A stretch of 61,464 bases of DNA from an uncultured bacterium (GTDB lineage Bacteria > Krumholzibacteriota > Krumholzibacteriia > WVZY01). Every line of letters begins with the position of its first letter. The first letter of the stretch is position 1. The DNA is taken from positions 1 through 61,464 of the forward strand of contig CBDVBZ010000005.1 in NCBI GenBank assembly GCA_965372355.1, given 5' to 3'. Shown here piece after piece: positions 33,390 through 43,700 of the stretch. The notes beneath the pieces were generated by a model that made no database searches, was not told the origin of the DNA, and saw only the letters and a list, made by a program, of their open reading frames with translations. The position numbers were made by a program, and so were the translations under genes.

Positions 33390-34692
33390 ACGCCTCCCTG
33401 ATCACCAGTTCTTGCCCTACGCGTATCATTTTCGAGTTACCCATCCGGTTCGATTTCTGGATCGACGCAACGCTCGTGTTGTACCTGCGAGAAATTGTCC
33501 AGAGCGTGTCACCCTTTCTCACCCGGTGCACCACAAGGTTACTCGTTTCCTCCGGCGGTGGATACTTCTTCATGAACTTCAGGACACCGTCGGCGATCGC
33601 CCTCGCGGTTTTCGCCTTACCTTCGTCGCTCTTCAGAATCTTTGCGTCGCTCGAATTCGTCACAAAGCCGGTCTCGACCATCACCGATGGCATGTCGATC
33701 GACTTGAGCACGGCGAACGATTTCTGCTTCACGGTTCGCGTGGGCGGCAGACCGGGTTGCCGCATGGCCTTCAGGATCTCCTCGGCAAGAAGAGAGCTGC
33801 GCTGCATCATCGACTGCTGGTTCACGTCCACCAGCATATGGAGGATGTCGTCGTTCCGGGTCCCCTCGACCCCAAGCTCCTCCGCCGCACGGTCCTTGTC
33901 GGCGAGGAGTTTCGATGCGGTCGATTGTGCCCCCGATGGAGACAGAAAGAACAGCTCGATGCCACGTGCGCTCTTTTTCGGCGCGGAATTCAGGTGAATG
34001 CTAACGAAGATATCGGCACCTTGTTTCTTGGCGATCCGTGTACGGCTGGGGAGCGACAGAAACACGTCTCGGTCCCGCGTCAAGACCGCCTTGTATCCCT
34101 TTCGAGCGTTGATCTCGGCCGCGACGCGTCTGGCGATATCGAGCGCTTCGCGTTTCTCGACCAGATCGTAGCGCCCCACGGCGCCAGGATCCGACCCCCC
34201 GTGACCGGCGTCGATGGCAATCACATAGTCGCGCCGGGACGGAGACGTCGCCGGCGCGATGCCCCGGTTTGTCGTCCTCGAAGAGCGCGTCTCGACGGTG
34301 GCTTCCACGTCGAGGACGATGCGGTTGGGCATGTCGTCCACCGACACGAGGAAGAAGTCGCTCCAGCCCGCCTCGCTCCGCAGATCCAGAACGACCTGAG
34401 CTCCCCACGAGAGCCGGTTGATCCGGATGCGACGGACCACGCCGCCGGAGACGTTCATGGCCCTCAGCTTACTCGATGCAGCGGTCCTGGGAATATTGAT
34501 CGCGATCCGTTCGGGGTTCTTGACGGACACGACTTCGTAGGGCGCCCGCTCGGACAGATCGATAACCACCCTCGTCTGCCCGCCGTGGACGGCGCACCGA
34601 ATGTGGCTGACCAGCGGCCGGGCCACACCCAGCCCGGGCAACAGCGCCAAGGCTGCCACCACAACGAGGAATGATAAGCTGCGTGTCTTCAT
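33376..34692 (-). CDS. N-acetylmuramoyl-L-alanine amidase (AMIN-Amidase_3-LysM)
   Basis: IDAGHGGSDPGA, FVSIHLNS, VETGFV, HRVRKGDTLW. Confidence 0.93.
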   Translation of the reverse strand: MKTRSLSFLVVVAALALLPGLGVARPLVSHIRCAVHGGQTRVVIDLSERAPYEVVSVKNPERIAINIPRTAASSKLRAMNVSGGVVRRIRINRLSWGAQVVLDLRSEAGWSDFFLVSVDDMPNRIVLDVEATVETRSSRTTNRGIAPATSPSRRDYVIAIDAGHGGSDPGAVGRYDLVEKREALDIARRVAAEINARKGYKAVLTRDRDVFLSLPSRTRIAKKQGADIFVSIHLNSAPKKSARGIELFFLSPSGAQSTASKLLADKDRAAEELGVEGTRNDDILHMLVDVNQQSMMQRSSLLAEEILKAMRQPGLPPTRTVKQKSFAVLKSIDMPSVMVETGFVTNSSDAKILKSDEGKAKTARAIADGVLKFMKKYPPPEETSNLVVHRVRKGDTLWTISRRYNTSVASIQKSNRMGNSKMIRVGQELVIREAYETY

Positions 34693-34855
34693 TAGCGACA
34701 CCCCAACGGTCTTCTCTAAAGTGATCCGCACGACCCCCGTGGATCCCAGAGAATAACTACCTGAGGACCGTTATATTGCGCAAGAACTTCGACGGGTGCG
34801 TGACCACAAAATAGAACAGGGGGAAAAACTTTGGCAAGCAAATACTCAGGGGGAG

Positions 34856-35791
34856 TTAGTCCGTTACTTCCTTGCCGGAAAGCACATACGCCAACGGATT
34901 CTTCTTACGGCCCTTGTAGATGACCTCGTAGTGAAGATGCGTGGCGGTCGAGCGGCCTGATGAGCCCACCCGAGCGATCACATCGCCGCGTTTGACCCTC
35001 TGGCCTTTCTTGACCAAAAGCTTGGATGCGTGGGCGTAACGGGTGACGTAGTCAAATCCGTGGTTTATCTCGACGGTATAGCCGAAGTTGGCCCATTTGC
35101 CCGCAAACGTGACGATGCCGTCGGCCGAGGCAAAAATCGGTGTCCCCAGACGCGCCGAGTAATCCACTCCCCAGTGACGGGAAGACCGCCCCGTAATCGG
35201 GTCCATGCGGCGTCCGAAGCGGCTCGAGATCCATCCGCGACCCACCGGCTTGATCGATGGCGTCGCGTTGAGGCGATCCCGGTTATCGCTCAGCGTCTTG
35301 ACGATATCCCGATAGACATCTGACTGCAACTTCGCCTGGCGCACCAGCTTCTCCACGTCTTCTCTGAGTCCGGTGATCTGCTCCCGCGTGCCCTCGTCCA
35401 GTGTCGACAACGACCGGATATACCCGAAATCAGGGCCACCGACACCCACTTCGGTGACGTCTTCGGCGAGATCATCGAGGTTGGCCAGCAAGCGCGCCTT
35501 CTTCTGAAAATCGAAGTTCTGCCGGACCTGGCCTTCCAGGTGGGTGACTTCGTGCGAGAGTGCATCCAGCTGGGCTCGAAGGGCCTCGTTATCCTTCGTG
35601 AGGCGGGTGACCTGATACGTTTCGCCCGCTTTGAGTGTGTACTGGAGGACGGTCCCGGTGCTCACCGCGACCAGCGCCGCCACCACGGCTAACACCATAA
35701 ATGCAAGCCACTTAGACACACGAATCGTCTTGAGCCCGGTGTTTCCGGCGGGTACGTACAGAAAAGTGAAGTATCTTTTCGCGTTTCTCAT
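34856..35791 (-). CDS. M23 family peptidase
   Basis: HWGVD, YAH, GRSTATHLHYEV. Confidence 0.92.
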   Translation of the reverse strand: MRNAKRYFTFLYVPAGNTGLKTIRVSKWLAFMVLAVVAALVAVSTGTVLQYTLKAGETYQVTRLTKDNEALRAQLDALSHEVTHLEGQVRQNFDFQKKARLLANLDDLAEDVTEVGVGGPDFGYIRSLSTLDEGTREQITGLREDVEKLVRQAKLQSDVYRDIVKTLSDNRDRLNATPSIKPVGRGWISSRFGRRMDPITGRSSRHWGVDYSARLGTPIFASADGIVTFAGKWANFGYTVEINHGFDYVTRYAHASKLLVKKGQRVKRGDVIARVGSSGRSTATHLHYEVIYKGRKKNPLAYVLSGKEVTD

Positions 35792-35924
35792 AGGGTCTGG
35801 CCTGCTGCGGGGATCACCGTCACCAAACAAGCGAGTAGGTTACGGGGTCGGATGCGTTTCTGTCAAGGCCATTCTCCACCGGAGTCTGCAGGATTGCAAG
35901 TTCCATACCAGAGAAACAGCCTAT

Positions 35925-35971
35925 AAAAATCAAGAGGTTACCACGCCTCACGGCGCGGCAACCTCTCTTTT
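35925..35971. terminator. Probable bidirectional terminator after the sigma factor gene
   Basis: AGAGGTTACC.../...GGCAACCTCT stem flanked by A- and T-tracts. Confidence 0.6.
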
Positions 35972-35999
35972 TGTGACTGATGGTGACCGAGAACGGGCG

Positions 36000-36878
36000 C
36001 TAACCCTCAATGTACCCCTGGAGGTACTTCGCCCGGGATGAATGCCGGAGCCGTGAGATGGCCTTCTCCTTGATCTGACGGATTCTCTCACGGGTCAGCC
36101 CGAGTTTCTGACCGATTTCCTCCAGTGTGAGCGGCTCCTCACCGCCAATGCCAAAGTAAAGGCTCAGGATCTGTTTCTCACGATCTGCCAGCGTGTCGAG
36201 AGCCTTTTCCATGTCGTCGCTCAGCGCGTGCTCGAACGTCTCGTCATCGGGCATCTGAGCGTTCTCGTCCATGAGGTAGTCGACCAGGGCGTTATCATCC
36301 TGATCGTTTGAATACGGATCATCGAGCGACACGTGCGTGTTCGCGATGTGCATCGTATCCTTGACTTCGGTTTCGGATATCTGGAGTCTCTTCGCGATCT
36401 CCTCGGCGCTCGGTGAACGCCCGAGTTCCTGGTCCAGCTGTCGCGACGCCTTTCCGATCCGGTACAGTGTTCCCGCCCGATTCAACGGCAGTCGCACGAT
36501 CCGAGAGTGCTCGGCAAGTGACTGCAGCATGGCCTGGCGGATCCACCAGACGGCATAGGAGATGAACTTGTAGCCTCGCTTTTCGTCAAAACGATGAGCG
36601 GCCTTTATCAAACCGACGTTGCCGTCGTTGATAAGATCCTCGAGCGAGAGCCCCTGGTTCGCGTACTGCTTCGCTATCGAGACAACGAAACGCAGGTTGG
36701 CTCTGACGAGTTGATCGAGGGCTTCCTGACTGCCCTTCTTGATACTGCGCGCGATTGATTGCTCCTCTTCGCGTGTCAACAACGGAGTTTTGTTGATCTC
36801 GTGGAGATACAAATCAAGACTACGGTTTCCGCTGTAGCCCTTTGCGACCGTTCTCTGCGCGTTCTGTTTCATCCTCAT
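36000..36878 (-). CDS. RpoD/RpoS-family sigma factor lacking region 1.1
   Basis: ANLRFVVSIAKQY, FISYAVWWIRQ, LTRERIRQI; 292 aa. Confidence 0.93.
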   Translation of the reverse strand: MRMKQNAQRTVAKGYSGNRSLDLYLHEINKTPLLTREEEQSIARSIKKGSQEALDQLVRANLRFVVSIAKQYANQGLSLEDLINDGNVGLIKAAHRFDEKRGYKFISYAVWWIRQAMLQSLAEHSRIVRLPLNRAGTLYRIGKASRQLDQELGRSPSAEEIAKRLQISETEVKDTMHIANTHVSLDDPYSNDQDDNALVDYLMDENAQMPDDETFEHALSDDMEKALDTLADREKQILSLYFGIGGEEPLTLEEIGQKLGLTRERIRQIKEKAISRLRHSSRAKYLQGYIEG

Positions 36879-36913
36879 ACCTTTCCTAGGGGCAGGTCAT
36901 CGGTATAGATGAA

Positions 36914-38422
36914 CTAGTTCTTCTCCGGAATCACCGGCACATATGTCGACACTCCTCGCCGCTTTACCAGAAACGCAATCGGTTCCTTGCGGTCCTTGAG
37001 CTTGCGTGAAATCTCGACATACTCCTTCAGGCTATCGACCCTCTGAGAATAGACCTCCGTGATCACATCGCCCTCACGGATTCCCGCCTCGTGGGACGGG
37101 CTGCCTGTCTCGACATCGATAACCACAACGCCGTCTTGACCCCGGCTGAGGCCAAAACGCTCCCGTGCTTCCACCGACCGCACATCGTCGACCTGGAGTC
37201 CCAGCCAGCTTTCGCCCGTCTGAGGAGCGGATGCGACCACTTCCTCGGGCGGTTCCCGTTCTGCCAGCGTGATTCTCATGTTCTTTGTTTTGCCGTTTCG
37301 AACAACCTTCAGAGGTACTTCCTTGCCCACAACCGTATTACCAACCATGAGTCGAAAACGTTCGCTATCCCTTACAGGATTATCGTCATACTCAACAATC
37401 ACATCACCTTGTATAAGTCCGGCCCGATCGGCTGGCGTGTCCTGCAGCACCTCGGTCACCAGAATGCCCCGCTCGATATCCAGGCCTCTTCCCTGGGCGA
37501 TCTCACGGTTGAGCTCCTGGAGGCGGATCCCCATAAACCCGTACTGTACCCGGCCTTTCTCGATCAACTGCGCACTGACATTCCGCGCCATGTTGATCGG
37601 GATGGCGAAGCCGATTCCCTGGCCCGACGGGTTGATCGCCGTATTGACACCAATCGCCTCACCGCGGAGATTCACCAACGGTCCTCCGCTGTTGCCGAAA
37701 TTGATCGAGGCGTCCGTTTGTATATAGTCCTGATAGACTTCCCCTTGTCCCATGATACGCAAGTCGTTGCGTCCCTTTGCGCTGACCACACCGACCGTTA
37801 CGGTGCCCGCCAGCTCGCCGAACGGCGTGCCGATCGCCATGACCCAGTCGCCGACCATCATCTCATCCGAGTTCCCCAGCTTGACCACCGGGAGATCACC
37901 ACTGGCTTCGATCTGGATGACCGCGATGTCGGTACGGATATCGTAACCCACAACCTTCGCATCGAATTCTTCCTCGTCGGGGCTTTGCCCAAGAACCACC
38001 GTGATGCGGTCCGCCTCTCGAATCACGTGGTGATTCGTAAGGATTCGGCCCTCTTCATCGATGATAAAACCGGACCCGCCACCCCGAACGCGACGCGGCT
38101 CGTCGCCCTCGGGCAGGAAGAAGTTGAATGGCCCAAAGCGCTCCTCGCTCCCGCGCCTCGCCACGCTCCGCTGTGTCTTGATGAACACCACCGCCGGCCG
38201 CACATCGGCGGCAACAGTCGTAAACGTCCCGTGGATGTTGCCCGGCTCGGGTATCGCCCGCAACTCAGTATCTGATGACCGTCCCTGGGGTGAAGACGCG
38301 GTTTCCGACGTGATCACGAGGCTCAGAATGAACCCACCGAGAAACACGGCGGTCACCAGGAGAAACACCCGCAGTGACTTGCGAAATGATGTCATAACCG
38401 CACTCGTTACGTACCTGTCCAT
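36914..38422 (-). CDS. HtrA/DegP-DegQ serine protease with two PDZ domains
   Basis: GSGFII, TNHHV, DIAV, INFGNSGGPL. Confidence 0.94.
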   Translation of the reverse strand: MDRYVTSAVMTSFRKSLRVFLLVTAVFLGGFILSLVITSETASSPQGRSSDTELRAIPEPGNIHGTFTTVAADVRPAVVFIKTQRSVARRGSEERFGPFNFFLPEGDEPRRVRGGGSGFIIDEEGRILTNHHVIREADRITVVLGQSPDEEEFDAKVVGYDIRTDIAVIQIEASGDLPVVKLGNSDEMMVGDWVMAIGTPFGELAGTVTVGVVSAKGRNDLRIMGQGEVYQDYIQTDASINFGNSGGPLVNLRGEAIGVNTAINPSGQGIGFAIPINMARNVSAQLIEKGRVQYGFMGIRLQELNREIAQGRGLDIERGILVTEVLQDTPADRAGLIQGDVIVEYDDNPVRDSERFRLMVGNTVVGKEVPLKVVRNGKTKNMRITLAEREPPEEVVASAPQTGESWLGLQVDDVRSVEARERFGLSRGQDGVVVIDVETGSPSHEAGIREGDVITEVYSQRVDSLKEYVEISRKLKDRKEPIAFLVKRRGVSTYVPVIPEKN

Positions 38423-38538
38423 ACGTTGTTGTCCTTAACTATATAGATCTAAATCAGTTGGAGAGCCACAGGGAGCCTTCCCCCTGTTCCCGTTGCGCGG
38501 AGACCTGATAAGGATTCGGAGAGCCGTACTTCGCCCAT

Positions 38539-38567
38539 AGTCTAGCGCAACTGCCCCGATATGTCAA
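38539..38567 (-). promoter_or_regulatory. sigma70-type promoter of the HtrA gene
   Basis: TTGACA-N17-TAGACT. Confidence 0.6.
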
Positions 38568-38810
38568 GCTCCCATAACCAATTTAATTGCACAATTTTAC
38601 ACCAAATCCACCCGAGGAAGGTCTTGGCATCGGGTGACCCTAGGCGAACCCGTTCCCCCTGTCAAACGGAATCGTGCCTCGACCGACCTTTCCCTCACTC
38701 GTCCCTTTATACGAAAAGGACCGCTGGGAGTTCCCCGGTTTCCGGGACATAAAGGTGTTGAAGAGCGCCAAAATAGGTTGCCTTAACCACCCTTTGTTGA
38801 TAGAAAATGA

Positions 38811-38973
38811 GGGCTGTGCCTCCGAAATTGTTTCTGGCCCGGCCGCCGGTAGCGCCAGCGAGCAACGACAGGCGCGAACGGGCCCAACGTGGGCGCTGGC
38901 ACCTGACCCAAAACACAAGCGTCTATTTAACAACAACTTGGAGAGTCCCGAAACAATCTTCGAGGCACAACCG
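38811..38973. mobile_element. MITE-like element
   Basis: Imperfect 23-bp terminal inverted repeats (38812-38834 and 38950-38972) flanked by a direct repeat AAATGA (38805-38810, 38974-38979). Confidence 0.6.
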
Positions 38974-38975
38974 AA

Positions 38976-39728
38976 ATGATGGATGGACCCCTTCAGATTC
39001 TCTCCCCGGACGTCTTCTTTCTGGCCGACTCTCACTTTCGTGATCGGGAGCTGCCCGGCGAGGCGGCGCGGCGTGATCGGTTCATCCGCTTTACACGGCG
39101 CATCCCGGAAAACTCGACGCTCTTCCTGCTCGGCGATATCTTTGACTTCTACTTCGAGTACGCGTCCGTTGTACCCAAGGCCTTTTTCGATATCTTTCAA
39201 GCCCTCGGAAGCTGCCGCTCCCGTGGCGTCGATATCCACTTCCTGGCCGGCAATCACGACTTCTGGGTGGGCAGCTTCGTCAGCGACTCCCTCGGTGTCA
39301 GCCTCCACGAGAACGATTTCCTGATCGAAAGCCAGGGGCGAAGGATCCGCTGCGCCCATGGCGATATGAGCATTCCCGAAGATTATGGATACCGAGCCCT
39401 TCGATGGGTCCTTCGCAACCGAACGGTGAGCAAGGCTGCAAAGATCATCCATCCCGACCTCATGTCGCTGATCGCTCGACACGTATCCGGCCACAACAAG
39501 AACAAACAGCGGTACGCCCAGGAGGACATCGCCAATCACGTTGCAGGCATGGCAACAAACCACTGCTACAACTGGGGCAACGACGGCTTTATCATGGGAC
39601 ACATCCACTATCCCCTGCACCGCGTCATCGACGGTCGCGACTTTGTCATCGTCGGCGACTGGATCGATAACTTCACCTACGCACACCTGCGCGACGGACA
39701 GATCTCGCTCGAAACATTTGACGGTTGA
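38976..39728 (+). CDS. lpxH: UDP-2,3-diacylglucosamine hydrolase (LpxH family)
   Basis: ADSH, LGDIFD, GNHD, HGD, GHIH metallophosphoesterase motifs. Confidence 0.85.
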   Translation: MMDGPLQILSPDVFFLADSHFRDRELPGEAARRDRFIRFTRRIPENSTLFLLGDIFDFYFEYASVVPKAFFDIFQALGSCRSRGVDIHFLAGNHDFWVGSFVSDSLGVSLHENDFLIESQGRRIRCAHGDMSIPEDYGYRALRWVLRNRTVSKAAKIIHPDLMSLIARHVSGHNKNKQRYAQEDIANHVAGMATNHCYNWGNDGFIMGHIHYPLHRVIDGRDFVIVGDWIDNFTYAHLRDGQISLETFDG

Positions 39729-39762
39729 TGGGTTTCTTTAGGGGCGAGGGTCCCAAGGCCCC

Positions 39763-40692
39763 CTAAATATCCAAAACGAAACCGATACGGTGGCTGTCGC
39801 CGAGGTCGTTGGCGACGATGAGCACTGCGTAGTCCAGCGTGAACTTGCGGTATGTGACCCCGAGACCGAACGTCGGACCCTGGGAATCGTAGCCGGTTTT
39901 GTAACCGGCGCGGACGAAAAGCCGCTTGAGGTAGCTGTACTCCGCACCGATGTGCTGCTTGGCCTTGCCGTCGTTGGGAAAGACAAGGTCGAGAGTTGCC
40001 AGGATGCCACCACGAACGCTCGGGAGCTTGCGCTCGTAGCTCGCACCGATCTTTCCCGCACGCGGCAGATCGAATTGCTCTCCCACGAACTGGTCATCCT
40101 CGAACTTGAGCGGCGGTCCCAGGTTGGTGAGCACGCCGGAGAACTTCACTCCCTTTATCATGCTGATGTGGTAGAGCCCCACATCGAACGCGTATCCTTT
40201 CGCGGTCGACTCATCGATGTTCTCGTATATCCATTTGGCGGTCACTCCGGCCGAGAGATTCGGCAAGAGGTAGCGCGAGTAGCCAATCGCAAAGGCGACA
40301 TCATACGCGGAGAACGTCCCCAACGGCACCGCCGATGGTGTGTCCTCGTAACGGTCCATTTGATCCATGTAGAGACCGGTAAACGACAGGCCAAACGTCC
40401 CGTAGTCGGTCTCGTGGGTGAGCGCGGCCTGTTCGAGACGGATCGACTGAAAGAACTCGTTGTGCATAAAGAGAAGGTTCGTCCCGAGCACCGCCGACAT
40501 CGCACCGGGATTCCAGTACGTGGCAGACGCATCCTCCGCCACAGCCGTGAATGCCTCACCCATGCCGGACGCCCTTGCGCCCATCCCCGCACGCAGAAAG
40601 AGCGCACCCGCCCCACCGACATCCCCCGCGGCGGCGTTCACCGGCAACAAGGTTATGAGCAGCGTCCATAGTAAATGTTGTAGTTTTCGCAT
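39763..40692 (-). CDS. PorV/PorQ family outer-membrane barrel
   Basis: FLRAGMGARASGMGEAFTAVAEDASATYWNPG signature. Confidence 0.88.
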   Translation of the reverse strand: MRKLQHLLWTLLITLLPVNAAAGDVGGAGALFLRAGMGARASGMGEAFTAVAEDASATYWNPGAMSAVLGTNLLFMHNEFFQSIRLEQAALTHETDYGTFGLSFTGLYMDQMDRYEDTPSAVPLGTFSAYDVAFAIGYSRYLLPNLSAGVTAKWIYENIDESTAKGYAFDVGLYHISMIKGVKFSGVLTNLGPPLKFEDDQFVGEQFDLPRAGKIGASYERKLPSVRGGILATLDLVFPNDGKAKQHIGAEYSYLKRLFVRAGYKTGYDSQGPTFGLGVTYRKFTLDYAVLIVANDLGDSHRIGFVLDI

Positions 40693-40705
40693 GTTCTGGC
40701 TCCCG

Positions 40706-43700
40706 CTACCTCAAGACGGCAAAGGTCTTTACGAACGACTCAGATCCCCCCGGAGCCTCTACCGACAGCCTCAGGAGATACACGCCGCTAGCAAGTTTCT
40801 TGACATCGATAATCTCGTCGAACGGCGTCTGGATCGCGCCGGCTGAATTGTACCATGTATACTTCTTGGATATTGCCTGCTCACCTTCCAGATTGTAAAT
40901 CTCGACATCAACGGTCGCACTCGTATTGAGAACGATACGCGCGTGAACTTCGCTCTCCCGAACCGGGTTCGGATAGACGATAAACGAGTTGGGCTCGGTA
41001 ATGTGACTCGCAGACGGCTGGGGGTTTGTCTGCCCCACCTTGCCCTGGCGTTTGCGATCGTTCTGATACATCGGCCAGTCGTTCTGGCCGGATGCGCTCG
41101 AACCGGGCAGCGACTGAATCGAGAGTACAACCATGTCATCCAGTAACAGACTGTCGGAAACGGCATCTATCGTCTCGAGCAGACCCGGCGCTCCCAATGC
41201 GACAAACGACAGCTCGCCGCTCCCGTCAAGATCCCGGATCGTCGGCGTGGCGCCCAACCCCGATGGGCCAACCCTCGGGAACCCGGACACCATCGTCCCT
41301 CCGGGGCTAAAAACAAAGATCGTTCCATCAACGACAGGAAAGATGATTTCTGTGCTCGCGTCACCGTTGATGTTTCCGATCAGAGGACTGGTGAGCGTGT
41401 TGTCGAACGCAAGCGGCGGCCAGTCCCCGAGCTCGGTCGGTCGCGGGGGCTTTGGCCAGTTTGTGCGCAGCTTTCCGTTGTTTTCAAAAACATAGAAGTT
41501 GGAATCGTCAAAAACGGCAATCTCAACGGTACCGTTGCCGTCGATATCCCCGAGACCCGGTGCCGATGGATTGGCGGCGCGGAGCGCCACGATTCGAAGC
41601 GGGTTCGGGATCGCAGGCGGAGTCCTCTGGCCACCCGCCGCATCGCTCGTCGGAAAGTTGGTGCTGGGCGCGAAGAGCACCAGGCGGCCATCCGGAATGG
41701 TCACCACCGCCGCGTCGAATCCGTCGCCGTTCAAATCGGCAATGGATGGCGAAGACAGCGGTGGAAAGCGCTCGTTGATCGGGCCTTCGGGCTCGAAGGT
41801 GCCCGTCTCGACTGCCCATCCCAACCCCGATCGCACGCGGACGGGTAAATAGTGGATGCCATAAACCGACCGAATCGTGTCCGCCCAGGCGACAACGACA
41901 CCCTCGCTGTCTCTCCCCGGTTTTCCGAGGGCGCCGTAGCCAAGCGGCGCGCAGTACTGCGCCTGAAGTCTCACCGGCCACAATGTCTGGATCGTGACAT
42001 CCACCGGCTCGACATCCGATCCAGCTGCGTCGATGAATCGAATCACAAGCGAGTCAGCAATCCTTTCCACAATGACGATGTCGAGGTTCGTATCCTCATT
42101 CACATCGACGAGCATCGGTGGCGCGGCCAGCGGCCCGGCCTGGTAGTTGAGCACCGCGGTACTGTCCCCTTTCCACACGAACACCCTTCCATCCACACTC
42201 GTCGCGGCGATTTCCTCATCGCCACCACCATCGATGTCACCGAAGGCCGGTGCTCCAACCCACACCGCACCGGGCACTGAAAAGTAAGGCTCGATCGTCG
42301 CGGGATCACCGTCACGATCCAGAAACTCGCTGCCATCCTCTTTGAATGCATACACGCGACCCGTGTCGGCCAGCACGACCAGTTCCTCCGCGCCGGCGGC
42401 GTTGAGATCGAACGCGGTGGGCGGTTGATGTCTCACGGGCGCCATCCACCGCGTCCGGGTCTCATCATACGCTCTGGCGATCTGGACCGAGCACGTCATG
42501 AACGAGTCCGGGACCGAAATCCCCGTCACGGAGATCCCGCTTCGGGCCAGAGAATTCGATGCCGAGTTTGGAGTTGTCGTTGGCCCGAACGCGGTGTTGT
42601 TGCCGTCGCGGTAGCTATCGAAGTGGCTCCCGAAGGAGAACGCACCGGCGGTGTTATCCATATCCTGGATGCCATCCGCCTCCTCCATATCAACGCCTTT
42701 GCGTGACACGTAGTTGTTCGGCAACATCCCCGCGTCCGCGTTCTGCCGGATGACGTTCTCATCGACATGCCAGATATAGATACCCGAGCCCGTGTTGACA
42801 AAACGCCGGGGAACGCCGGTATTCGGATCGGGTTTGACGATGAAGGGGTTGGTGAAGTCCGTTAGAAAGAAGTCGAACTCGGCGCCTTCGAGCGAGTCGG
42901 TGTTCTCCGGTATCTGGTTGCTGTCGAGATCGCCGAACGTAAACAGGCTGTCGAAATTCGTGTCGTGTACTCGATTGGTGACGAGAAAATACTCGCTTTC
43001 CGTGATGGAAATCCTCAAGCACGAGGTGTCACCCGGAACGGGGCTGTTGATATCACGCAGGCGGAAAGACTCGTCGGCACCGACATCGATGGGATCGACC
43101 CATCCGGCGATCACCCGGTTAAAGGCACTAGGAAACGCCGGGACGAACCCTTGCGCGTTGAACAGACCATAGCTCATCAGCTCGAACTCGCCGATTCCTC
43201 GCGAATCCGGGAAACCGCTCGGCGTCGAATCGAAAAGAGGAAGCAATCCCAACCGGCTCCCCACCTCGAACGCCCAGATCCCCAGCTGCCCAATCGTGAT
43301 ATCGTCCTGGCTCGCCGACTCGGGCACGACCATGAAGTTATCGACGAGGAACGGCTGCCCGCCCAGCGAATCGTTCGTCTGCAGGCCATAGACCGTGCTG
43401 TCCTCAAAAGCGGCGTTGATATCGGTACGATCGAAGAATGTCGAGAAGAGCTGATCCCTGGAATTGTCATAAATGTCGGTTTCCTGTCCGGCGCCCGCGT
43501 GAAGAATCATGAACGTGTCGTAAAGCGAAAAATTCTCGTCGGCGTCCGCGGAATCGATCACGGTCTGCATCAACTCCACGACCCGAACGTCCTCGAAATC
43601 ATCGTCGCCGTAGTACCCCATCTCCTTCGGCGCCGTGTACACCCTGGGCGTCACCCTCCACGCAATGACCAGCTCGCCCCGAGACGCACCGTTGTAGTAT

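Noticed and set aside
38640-39686. 348-aa minus ORF and 101-aa plus ORF near lpxH
   Set aside because: The first is antisense to lpxH. The second runs through the MITE-like element and has no motifs.
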